Source: Okeania sp. (lineage in GTDB: Bacteria > Cyanobacteriota > Cyanobacteriia > Cyanobacteriales > Microcoleaceae). From it: a stretch of 32,000 nt of DNA. Shown one piece after another: positions 1-8,113 of this stretch. The position numbers and the translations under genes are program-made. Where the stretch lies: positions 7,110 to 39,109 of the forward strand of contig NZ_JAYKGW010000174.1 in assembly GCF_035285525.1 (NCBI RefSeq), read 5' to 3'. Below the pieces are notes generated by a model that was not told the DNA's origin, did no database searches, and saw nothing but the letters and a program-made list of their open reading frames with translations. Within the stretch, counting starts at the first letter, position 1. Each line of letters starts with the position of its first letter.

Positions 1-65
1 TCTACCCAACCTACATTACTAAATTATGTGATATGATTTCTAGAATAATTTTAGATAGATGAAAA

Positions 66-1205
66 ATGAAAATCCAAAAATTAGAATTTGGCGATCGCGC
101 CAAATATTGGTATCTCAAATCTCTTGAATTTTCCCCTAATATTAACTTGTTGGTTGGTATTTCTGGTGCGGGAAAGACGAAAATTATTAGCTCAATTTTG
201 GCTCTCAAAAAAATTGTTAGTGGTGACTCTTTCAATGGAGTATATTGGGATATAACTTTTCTAACTAAGGATAATGTATCATATCGTTGGCAAGGAGAAT
301 TTGCAACTGTGGAAGAATCGAAAATAAAAGTCAATGATTCTGAGGAAGAAGATAAGTTTAAAATTATCTCTGAATATCTTTCTAAAGATGAGCAAGTTAT
401 TATTGAAAGAGATTCAGAAAAAATTATATTTAAAGGCGAAAAAGTTCCCAAATTATCACCTTTTGAAAGTATTGTAGAATTACTTAATCAAGAAAAGGAT
501 ATTAGTCCTGTAAAAGAAGAGTTTAATAAAATTATACTGTCAAATCTAGACACAAATTTTGCAGGAATTTGGATGATTCCTATTTCTCAGTTAACTTCTA
601 TATTAGCAAAATATAAAGATAGCTCTTTAAGTCAAATTCAAGAAAGCAGCCTTTCTAGTATTATCAAGTTATTTCTGGTTTATCAGTATTTACCAGAAAC
701 TTTTAACACAATAAAAGAGAAATTTATCGAAATATTTGATACAGTAGAAGATCTGAAAATACAATCCCTATTTGTTGAAAAGTTTCCTGAATCATTGACA
801 GATTTTAAAGAAGCTAAAGCATTATTATTCAAAGAAAAAGGAGTTTCTAATTGGATTGTACCACCAAATATTTCTTCAGGTATTCTGAAAACATTTATGT
901 ACATTAGCGAATTATATTTATCTCCAGAAGGGAGCGTAATATTAATTGATGAATTTGAAAATAGTTTAGGGGTAAATTGCATTAATAGTGTCACAGATTT
1001 AATATTAGAAAATCTTAGACTACAATTTATTGTTACCAGTCACCATCCATACATCATCCATAATATCGGAAATAAATATTGGAAAATTATTACTCGTCAA
1101 GGCAATACAGTAAGAGTTAAAGAACCTCAAGAATTAGGGATTTCCCAATCTAGACATCAAGGTTTTATCGACTTAATTAATGTACTTGAAGAATTGTCTG
1201 AATAG
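66..1205 (+). CDS. ABC-fold AAA ATPase (AAA_15/AAA_21-like; RloA/AbiLi-like)
   Basis: 379-aa ORF with ATG start. Walker A GISGAGKT near the N-terminus, signature-like ISSGILKT, Walker B VILIDEFENSLG, H-loop-like IVTSHHP. Antisense ORFs 11-451 and 683-994 are shadows. Confidence 0.8.
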   Translation: MKIQKLEFGDRAKYWYLKSLEFSPNINLLVGISGAGKTKIISSILALKKIVSGDSFNGVYWDITFLTKDNVSYRWQGEFATVEESKIKVNDSEEEDKFKIISEYLSKDEQVIIERDSEKIIFKGEKVPKLSPFESIVELLNQEKDISPVKEEFNKIILSNLDTNFAGIWMIPISQLTSILAKYKDSSLSQIQESSLSSIIKLFLVYQYLPETFNTIKEKFIEIFDTVEDLKIQSLFVEKFPESLTDFKEAKALLFKEKGVSNWIVPPNISSGILKTFMYISELYLSPEGSVILIDEFENSLGVNCINSVTDLILENLRLQFIVTSHHPYIIHNIGNKYWKIITRQGNTVRVKEPQELGISQSRHQGFIDLINVLEELSE

Positions 1206-1216
1206 CCAAAAGCAAA

Positions 1217-2011
1217 ATGAATATTTATTTCATTTTATAAGGCAGAAGCACAGATAAAAAAAAATTATTCATTTTGACAGAAATCTCTTTTACTAGAATT
1301 AAAAAAAAGTACAATATTATGATCAGGTTCATCACAATAATTAGAGCTTGCTGAATAAATTTAAACCCCTTTTATAGATAAAGCTTTTAGCCTTTTTATA
1401 TCTTAAAAAAGTACCTAGGCTATTGTCGTCTCAAAATGGTAAAGTTTTCAGCCTAATTATCAGAAAATTTGGCTGTAGCAGATACTCTAAACTGTTCCCT
1501 TTTCCTAGTTAAGTGCTACCTTTCTTTACTAATAGACTTTTACGGTTCCCGATAAATCAGCAAACCCTAATTACTGTTTATTTAGTGCTAATGGTTATCC
1601 TTCAATTGTTCACTATTATATTCCCGATGCTATTGCAAAAATTCAAGAAACAGACACGTATAATTATCTGGTAATTTGCTTTGATGTTGAGGAGGAAACA
1701 GTAGAAAGTATCAGACAAGAAATACAAGATTTTATTGTCAAAAATGACCTACACATAAAATTAGGAAAAGTTAAGCCTATTTACATTATTCAAAACTGAT
1801 GTATAGAAAAATGTTCGACTCTAGACAACCTCTCTCAGATTATGTGAAATATTATGATGTATCTGTAGAAGACCCAGAATTAATGGGTAATTATAATCAA
1901 GATTATAATGATGCACAATTTCACTTTTCATATCTCAAGGAAATATTTATAGCTAAGAACATTAGTTATGCTAAAAAAATTCAGGAGAGGCTAGAAATCA
2001 ATTTTATTTAG
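1217..2011 (+). pseudogene. RloB/Toprim-like partner of the ATPase, disrupted by an in-frame stop, an element insertion, a second stop and a frameshift
   Basis: ATG 1217 lies 11 nt after the ATPase stop. It reads MNIYFIL-TAA(1238-1240)-GRSTDKK. After the 226-bp insert, frame 1575-1796 reads ...YNYLVICFDVEEE...IYIIQN, then TGA 1797-1799, then CIEK. A5 run 1807-1811 switches the frame into ORF 1799-2011. The pattern resembles the RloB motifs (EG-x-TE, acidic D-x-D patch, NPCFE-x-W) as I recall them. Confidence 0.45.
1343..1568. mobile_element. MITE-like element, family B (termini AGRGYTTGYTGA... / ...TCAGCAARCCCT), inserted in the RloB-like gene
   Basis: Left end is AGAGCTTGCTGAATAAATTTAAA, right end GATAAATCAGCAAACCCT, both flanked by AATT. 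Removing exactly 1343-1568 joins the upstream and downstream reading frames in phase. Related copies at 13553-13790 and 24587-24835, with ends at 2480, 24900 and 26431-26470. Confidence 0.6.
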
Positions 2012-2050
2012 ATCAATTAACTAAGAGAATTACATCAGTACTAGAACATT

Positions 2051-2213
2051 TACCGAATAATTAATAGTTGATAGTCAATAATTATTCATTCAAAAATTCG
2101 CGCCTGGAAGCCTCCCCTATCCTAGGGGATAAATCAAAAATTTTCATAACTTAGTTAATCCCCTTCTTGAAAACAGGGGTCATTGTTCATTATTAATTGT
2201 TCATTATTAATTG
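2051..2213. mobile_element. MITE-like element, family A (two internal hairpins CCCCTTCTT..AAGAAGGGG and GGAGGCTTCC region, AT-rich AATTATT tails)
   Basis: Near full-length reverse-complement match by eye to 21851-22026 and to the two halves of 24453-24874. Confidence 0.6.
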
Positions 2214-2580
2214 CTGAAAAACCTTTCAATATTTTATATATTTTTGCCAGAAGATTAAAAAAGAATTATTCCTAAACTAGGGAGTAGTTAATAGTTAGGA
2301 TTTAAAGGAGTGGTAGAAGTAGTAGTTATTTATAATTCCTCCTTAGTTTTTATGTCATAATTACTCTTAAATATTCAATTTTTCTACTCCATGAACCCAA
2401 AAGCTAGTACTTTTACTATTCCCGATAAATCACCACCTAAAATTATTCAAACCTTTATCTCTAAACGCTTTGATATCTAATCAGCAAGCCATAAGTAATT
2501 ACTGATAACTGATAAGTGAAAAAAGTGCTACCCTAAAATATGTTTGTCTTAATTTGGTTAATTTTTTTCTAGTAAACCCA

Positions 2581-3810
2581 ATGCAATTATATTTCCTTAA
2601 CCCTTGGATAATTAATACTTTTCTAATTCTCGGTTCTGTACTTTTTGTCGAATTAATACGAGACCTTTATCATCTAGTTTCTCATATTTGGTCGCCCCTC
2701 TATAAATGGCATGGTTGGCATCATCGGGTTTTTCGTCCAGACTTAACTCCTGTTAGTACAGAAATTTATCAAAAGGCTACTTGGTATCACGATGTACCAG
2801 AATCTTTGGTAATGTTAACCTTTGGTCTGCTATTCTGGGGTTCATTTTTTGTCTGGATGCCTTCCTATCAATGGGCAACTTTGGCAGGTGTTCTTTATAC
2901 TTTAACTTTCTTATTTCCGGCGATCGCTCGTGCCATCGGTATTCCCAATGCTGACCAACTTACTGACCTTACTCATCTTCCCGGTGCATTTTTAACGCCT
3001 CCCGATAATTGGTTTGTCAACCGTCCCTACCATTGGCGACACCACTTCGATAATCAAGATGCTTATTTCTGTGGAACTCTCACCTTAGTAGATAAAATCA
3101 TGGGTACAGCACTTTCTCTTAAAGGTAAAAAAATATCTGTGACAGGAGCTTCCGGAAGTTTAGGTCAAAGTCTCCTGAAACATCTTCATCAAGCAGGGGC
3201 AAAAGTTACTGCTTTGACATCTAAAGACCAGACTATTACTTTAGATATAGACGGTGAAAATTTGGAAATTAATACCATAAATTGGCAAATAGGTCAAGAA
3301 GAAAAATTAGCAGAATTATTTGAAAAAGTAGATATATTAGTATTAAACCACGGTATTAATGTACATAGAGAAAAGACAGCCGAAGCGATCGCTAAATCTT
3401 ATGAAATAAACACATTTTCTAGCTGGCGAATGTTAGAAATATTCCTGAAAACAGTCAAAACAAATGCCGATATTGCCTGTAAAGAAGTCTGGGTAAATAC
3501 TTCTGAAGCAGAAGTTAATCCAGCATTTAGTCCTCTTTATGAACTAACAAAAAGAACTCTGGGAGATTTAGTTACATTGAGGAGATTAGATGCTCCTTGT
3601 GTAATTAGAAAATTAATTTTAGGTCCGTTTAAAAGTAATTTGAATCCAGTAGGAATTATGTCTGCTGACTGGGTAGGAAAACAGATAATTAAATTAGCAA
3701 AAAGCGATGTTAGAACAATTATTGTGACAATTAATCCGATAACTTTTGTAGCGATTCCGATTAAAGAATTTTTCGTTTCTATCTACTTTAAATTATTTAC
3801 TAAAAAATAG
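2581..3810 (+). CDS. Fusion protein: N-terminal membrane fatty-acid hydroxylase/sterol-desaturase-like di-iron domain plus C-terminal short-chain dehydrogenase/reductase
   Basis: Histidine boxes HLVSH, HGWHHRVF and HWRHHF lie in a hydrophobic N-terminal half. The SDR half has TGASGSLG, LNHGIN and YELTK (YxxxK). I prefer ATG 2581 (MQLYFLNPW) to the TTG at 2554 used by the ORF track. Confidence 0.8.
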   Translation: MQLYFLNPWIINTFLILGSVLFVELIRDLYHLVSHIWSPLYKWHGWHHRVFRPDLTPVSTEIYQKATWYHDVPESLVMLTFGLLFWGSFFVWMPSYQWATLAGVLYTLTFLFPAIARAIGIPNADQLTDLTHLPGAFLTPPDNWFVNRPYHWRHHFDNQDAYFCGTLTLVDKIMGTALSLKGKKISVTGASGSLGQSLLKHLHQAGAKVTALTSKDQTITLDIDGENLEINTINWQIGQEEKLAELFEKVDILVLNHGINVHREKTAEAIAKSYEINTFSSWRMLEIFLKTVKTNADIACKEVWVNTSEAEVNPAFSPLYELTKRTLGDLVTLRRLDAPCVIRKLILGPFKSNLNPVGIMSADWVGKQIIKLAKSDVRTIIVTINPITFVAIPIKEFFVSIYFKLFTKK

Positions 3811-3975
3811 GGAGTAGGGAGTAGGGAGTAGTTAGGATTTAAGGCAGTTATAAAAAACTATTCAAAAACATAAAATATTCAGAGTAATTTTTCTGCCATA
3901 GTTACCCTAAAATGCTTATTTTTTTAGGACTGAAAAAAGATAAGTGCTTTTTTCTTACTTCCTTTTTCCTTTTTT
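3811..3975 (+). repeat. Copy 1 of a duplicated segment (GGGAGTA x3, then a family-B-like internal portion, then the start of a CTTACTT heptamer run)
   Basis: Aligns by eye with 4497-4690. Shared blocks are GTAGTTAGGATTTARGGCAGTTATAAAAAA, CAGAGTAATTTTTCTGCCATAGTTACCC and AAAATGCTTATTTTTT...ACTGAAAAAAGATRAGTGCTTTTTTCTTACTTC. Copy 2 has about 32 extra bp. Confidence 0.7.
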
Positions 3976-4003
3976 ACTTTTTAGCAATTCCGATTACAGC
4001 AAT

Positions 4004-4175
4004 GAATGAGGATAGTGAGGTACACTTAAAAATTAATCTTTGTCTTTGTAGCCCAGCCTTCCAGGCTGTAACAAGCAGGATGCTTATGTTACCAAAATTA
4101 CTAACAGACTTCCAACTTTTAACAAATAATAAATAAAATTTTGTACCTCACTAACTCTAAAACTGCTGTAAGTAT
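4004..4175. mobile_element. MITE-like element, family D (ATGAGGATRGTGAGGTACAC ... AAATTTTGTACCTCAC ... TGCTGTAA)
   Basis: Second copy at 9242-9382 shares both ends and the central CCTGTAACAAGCA block. Partial ends at about 8050 and 4400. Confidence 0.55.
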
Positions 4176-4199
4176 TTTTTTGTTTATACCTACTTTAAT

Positions 4200-4292
4200 A
4201 GGACTAAAGCCATGAGGTACGAAAAACAGGGGTTTGAGATTGCTTTCGTTCGGTCGTATCGGGCGAAAATACGTTGCAGTTGCGTAAGTCCT
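4200..4292. repeat. Hairpin element with a degenerate left arm AGGACTAAAGCC and a TGCGTAAGTCCT right arm (core type 4)
   Basis: The right arm is identical to the other members. The left arm is degenerate. The core (GCCATGAGGTACGAAAAACAGGGGTTTGAGATTGC...) is unlike the other copies. Confidence 0.5.
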
Positions 4293-4496
4293 GTTTAAAT
4301 TATTTACTGCAAAATAATCCTCCTTAAAGTTGAGGTTTCTATTGCTGTATATACTTGGAATCTGCTGTTAACTAAAAACTGATAACTGATAACTGAAATT
4401 GTGAGGTATACCCACGGGAGTAAGATGCAAGGTTCCCGAAAAATCGTACTGAACGGATTGCTATAGGTTTGGTCTCCAAACCCTTATAATTAAGTT

Positions 4497-4690
4497 AGGG
4501 AGTAGAGAGTAGTTAGGATTTAGGGCAGTTATAAAAAAGTAGTCAGAAAAATAAAATAGTCAGAGTAATTTTTCTGCCATAGTTACCCCAAAATGCTTAT
4601 TTTTTCAATTCTATTAATCTAAAATCTGGTATTGTTTTAGAACTGAAAAAAGATGAGTGCTTTTTTCTTACTTCTTACTTTTTACTTCTG
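4497..4690 (+). repeat. Copy 2 of the duplicated segment, directly upstream of fmt
   Basis: See 3811-3975. Confidence 0.7.
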
Positions 4691-4776
4691 ACTTCTTACT
4701 TTTTACTTCTTACTTTTTACTTCTTCCTTCTTTACTTTTTACTTCTTACTTTTTACTTCTGACTTCTTACTTCATT
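4666..4776 (+). repeat. STRR-like heptamer tandem array (CTTCTTA / CTTTTTA / CTTCTGA, about 16 units)
   Basis: Read directly from the sequence. The array stays open in one frame and produces the false 41-codon N-terminal extension (LFSYFLLFTSDFLLF...) of the fmt ORF. Confidence 0.9.
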
Positions 4777-4779
4777 CTT

Positions 4780-5793
4780 ATGAAAATAATATTTTTTGGC
4801 ACACCTTTATTTGCTGTTCCCACTTTAGAAAAATTATTAGCTGCTCCAGAAACTGAAGTCGCTGCTGTTGTCACCCAACCCGATAAAAGACGTGGACGAG
4901 GCAATAAACTCATTCCATCTCCAGTGAAATCAGTAGCAGTCGCCCATAATATCCCTGTTTGGCAACCACGTCGAGTCAAAAAAAATGCTAAAACTCTCAA
5001 CTTATTAAAAGAAGCGCAAGCAGATGTATTCGTCGTAGTTGCTTACGGGCAAATTTTGTCTGCGGAAATTTTAGAAATGCCAAAGTTAGGTTGTATAAAT
5101 GTTCATGGCTCCATTTTGCCAAAATATCGTGGTGCTGCTCCGATTCAATGGTCTATTTATTATGGCGAAGTAGAAACAGGTAATACTACAATGTTGATGG
5201 ATGTGGGAATGGATACTGGTCCGATGTTATTGAAGAGCGTGATTCCTATTGGTTTGTTAGATAACGCTGTATCCATAGCAGAAATTTTGGCAAAGGATGG
5301 AGCAGACTTATTGTGGGAAACTTTCTCAAAGTTGGAGAACAGAGAAATTGAACCTATTCCTCAAGATGATTCTTTGGCAACTTATGCTCCACTGATTCAA
5401 CATTCTGATTATCAAATTGATTGGTCAAAAAATGCTATAGATATTCATAACCAAGTCAGAGCATTTTTCCCTAATTGTTTTACCACTTTTCGGGGTCAAT
5501 CTTTGAAAGTTATGGCAACTGTTCCTGTTGGTGCTGAATATTGGTCGCAGTTGTCTCCAGAATTACAGAAATTGGAAAAAGTTTGGTCTTCTGAGTCTGA
5601 AGTTATGGGAAATATTGGGGAAGTTGTGAAAGTGATTAAGGGTTTAGGACCTGTGGTGCAAACTGGTAATGGTTGGTTATTGTTGTGGAAAGTACAGTTA
5701 GCAGGGAAAAAGGCAGTTTCTGGTTGGGATTTTGCTAATGGTACTCGTTTAGCAGTAGGGGAAGTTATATCAAATCCGGTAGTATCGGTGTAA
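4780..5793 (+). CDS. fmt: Methionyl-tRNA formyltransferase
   Basis: MKIIFFGTPLFAVPTLEKLL, VVTQPDKRRGRG, VVVAYGQIL, INVHGSLLPKYRGAAPIQW-type motifs (here INVHGSILPKYRGAAPIQWSI). The start is moved to the in-frame ATG at 4780, downstream of the heptamer array. Confidence 0.92.
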   Translation: MKIIFFGTPLFAVPTLEKLLAAPETEVAAVVTQPDKRRGRGNKLIPSPVKSVAVAHNIPVWQPRRVKKNAKTLNLLKEAQADVFVVVAYGQILSAEILEMPKLGCINVHGSILPKYRGAAPIQWSIYYGEVETGNTTMLMDVGMDTGPMLLKSVIPIGLLDNAVSIAEILAKDGADLLWETFSKLENREIEPIPQDDSLATYAPLIQHSDYQIDWSKNAIDIHNQVRAFFPNCFTTFRGQSLKVMATVPVGAEYWSQLSPELQKLEKVWSSESEVMGNIGEVVKVIKGLGPVVQTGNGWLLLWKVQLAGKKAVSGWDFANGTRLAVGEVISNPVVSV

Positions 5794-5869
5794 AAAGAGT
5801 GTGGTCCGGGTGGGGAGTTTGGGGAGTTTGGGGAGTTTTGGTAATGGTTGAAAATAGAACATTTTTTTT

Positions 5870-5954
5870 AGGACTTACGCACCAGACGCTATATATAGCG
5901 TTCAAAACTATTGCACAATAGTTTTTTAACTCTATACATAGTACCTTTGCGTAA
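5870..5954. repeat. AGGACTTACGCA-type hairpin element (core type 1, right arm truncated to TGCGTAA)
   Basis: Its reverse complement aligns with 12494-12571 and 30016-30105. Central palindrome CTATTGCACAATAG. Confidence 0.65.
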
Positions 5955-6382
5955 TATAGCAATGTGCGCACTTAATATTTACAAATTGTAGGAGGTGTCC
6001 AATAGCTAAAAGCTTTGTATTATCCGCGATTCATTCTCCCTGTTCCCAGTTAAGCGTTCCCTGTCACTAGAATTTTGTAATATTCTTTTTTCAAATTGGT
6101 ATAAGTCCTAATTTTGTAAAAAGGGAGTAGAAAGTAGGGAGGTTCTATGGAACGTCCCTACAGAGTTAAGAGAAATGGGAATTATAAACAAGGTGGTTGT
6201 TCACAATAGTCAGACTAATTTTTCTGCCATATTTACCCAAGATGTTTACTTTTTCAGCTCGCTTCAACCCAAAAGCTAGTATTTTTTCAATACCTAAAAA
6301 GGCTAAAACTTTTATCTTTATCTAATGAAAAATCAAATCAATTTTAATTGAGAAATTATCAATTATTTCTTCCTATTACCTA

Positions 6383-7990
6383 TTACCTATTGCCTATTCC
6401 CTGTTCCCTATTCCCTAACCCTATACGTCTATATAAACCTACATTTTTAATTGTAGTTTCTCGAAAGTAATTTGCTTTTAAATATTGATTGAGCATATTT
6501 CTATATTCAGGAGCAATATTATCTTTTTCTGCCAGCAAAATATAACTGGGATTTTTTGCCATAATTTTATCTAATTCTTGAAGAGGATCGATAGGCAAAA
6601 TTTGAGATAAAGCTGTTAAGACACTAGGAAAAGCATATTTTGTCGGAATTTTTGTTGGCACTAAATAATAAATTATCGGTTGATAGTTAACTACATATAT
6701 ATAATCTGTTGACTTAATTCTTTCTCTTAAATATTTAGCAATCAAGGCTTCCCGATCATCCCATGTATCTATTTTTTGGATAGAGCGATAATAGATAAAT
6801 TCCCAATTTTTAGTTAATTTATTATAGCCAGCTTGACCAAAGGGGTATATTAAAATTAAGAATAAAATTATGTGAGGATTGAATTGTTTTTGAGGCAAAT
6901 AAACTGACTTAATAATCACATATCCACTAATTAAGGATAAAGGAGGTAATAACTGTAAAAAGTAATGATTATAAAATCGTTTAGATAATAAAACTGCTAA
7001 AAAAGCACAGCAAAACCACAGAAATAAATAAATTAAATTTCGCTCCTGCCTCAATTTTTTTCTAGCAAATACAAATAAATAAATCGGACTCCAAAAAAAA
7101 CATAACCACAATAAAATATTTCCCAATATCTGTTTTATGAGTCTATTCAAAAAGTCAGACCAAGAAAAATTTAATATCCCTATATACTTACTATTTGCCA
7201 TGAGAGTTGCATAAATATATTCATCAAAATATCCAGAAAAATGATAAATAGTTCCGATAATAATTGCAGGTAAAATTATGCCTGCACCTAAAATTAGATA
7301 AAACCTCAATAAGGAAAAAGTAAGATGATTGAAAACCAATGAAAAATTTCCTTTTGTTAATGCCGACAAATTATTTATTGCTTTTCCATATTCTCTCTTA
7401 TTTAGTTCTGCTTTTTTCAACCAACTACCCAATAAAACTAATGCTAAAACATCCATAATTACCAAATATTTTATTTGCATCCCCATTCCCAAAATTATCC
7501 CGATCAGAAATACTTTAATATTTGATAATTTTTGATTCTGAAATAACAACAAAAATGCCCCGGTAACAAAAGGCGCAAATAAAATTTCTGCATTGGCAGC
7601 AGTTCCATCATTATGCAAAGAAAAAATCCCATATAAACTTCCTGCTAATAATCCAATTTTTTCTCCTTGTTTTTCGTCAATATTTCTACCAATCATATAT
7701 AAAAAATAACTGGTAAAAGTTGTAGCAATAATAGATAATATTCTGATAGATACTATAGAATTTCCTAAAATTAGCATTGCTAGGGAAAACAAGATAAAAA
7801 TCCCTGGAGGTTTGGTATCCCAAATTTCTATATAAGGGAGGTTATTATTTAATAAACTATCTGCTATTAAAATATAAATACTTTCATCTTTGTCTAGTAC
7901 AGATACAAATAAAGTCCAGAATCTGAGGAAGAATGATAATAGTAAAAAGGATACAAAAATTATTAGTTTTTGATTGATTTGTTTAGTCAT
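6383..7990 (-). CDS. Polytopic membrane glycosyltransferase, GT39/ArnT (PMT_2)-like
   Basis: 535-aa ORF with many predicted TM segments. N-terminal pattern DEx-Y...P(L)PYxxxWDxKPPG is typical of ArnT/PMT-like lipid-linked sugar transferases. The last roughly 11 codons (GLGNREQGIGNR) are encoded by a CCTATTN heptamer array. Confidence 0.7.
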   Translation of the reverse strand: MTKQINQKLIIFVSFLLLSFFLRFWTLFVSVLDKDESIYILIADSLLNNNLPYIEIWDTKPPGIFILFSLAMLILGNSIVSIRILSIIATTFTSYFLYMIGRNIDEKQGEKIGLLAGSLYGIFSLHNDGTAANAEILFAPFVTGAFLLLFQNQKLSNIKVFLIGIILGMGMQIKYLVIMDVLALVLLGSWLKKAELNKREYGKAINNLSALTKGNFSLVFNHLTFSLLRFYLILGAGIILPAIIIGTIYHFSGYFDEYIYATLMANSKYIGILNFSWSDFLNRLIKQILGNILLWLCFFWSPIYLFVFARKKLRQERNLIYLFLWFCCAFLAVLLSKRFYNHYFLQLLPPLSLISGYVIIKSVYLPQKQFNPHIILFLILIYPFGQAGYNKLTKNWEFIYYRSIQKIDTWDDREALIAKYLRERIKSTDYIYVVNYQPIIYYLVPTKIPTKYAFPSVLTALSQILPIDPLQELDKIMAKNPSYILLAEKDNIAPEYRNMLNQYLKANYFRETTIKNVGLYRRIGLGNREQGIGNR

Positions 7991-8113
7991 TTTGAGATTT
8001 TTTTTTGCAGTCAGTTTAATAATTTAAAATTACAGCACTTCTCGTTGTTATGAGGTACAAAATTTTAGCTTTGAGGCAATATTCCCTTTTTTAAGAAAGA
8101 GGGAACAAAAAAT

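Noticed and set aside
11-994. ORFs 11-451(-) and 683-994(-) overlapping the ATPase gene
   Set aside because: They are antisense shadows of a well-supported + strand gene in AT-rich DNA, with low-complexity translations and no motifs. The same reasoning applies to 4767-5000, 7329-7535, 15590-15802, 18519-18701, 22255-22443, 22676-22900, 23664-24038, 26714-26920, 29542-29757, 29564-29752, 30245-30502 and 30411-30671.
2554-2580. TTG start at 2554 for the hydroxylase-SDR fusion, and GTG 4657 for fmt
   Set aside because: In-frame ATG codons at 2581 and 4780 coincide with the beginning of conserved-looking sequence. The upstream extensions are respectively 9 arbitrary codons and a translated heptamer array.
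3912-4136. ORF 3912-4136(+) and similar short ORFs 5765-5971(-), 9992-10174(+), 26169-26432(-), 27004-27228(+)
   Set aside because: Each is composed mostly of repeat-family sequence (heptamer runs, family C/D elements, AGGACTTACGCA hairpins). Several use non-ATG starts, and none has a recognisable motif.
4247-4275. Group II intron domain V-like hairpin (CGTATCGGGCGAAAATACG)
   Set aside because: It lacks the AGC triad, the 2-nt bulge geometry and the 34-nt length of domain V. There is no intron-encoded protein or other domains, and it lies inside a hairpin repeat element.
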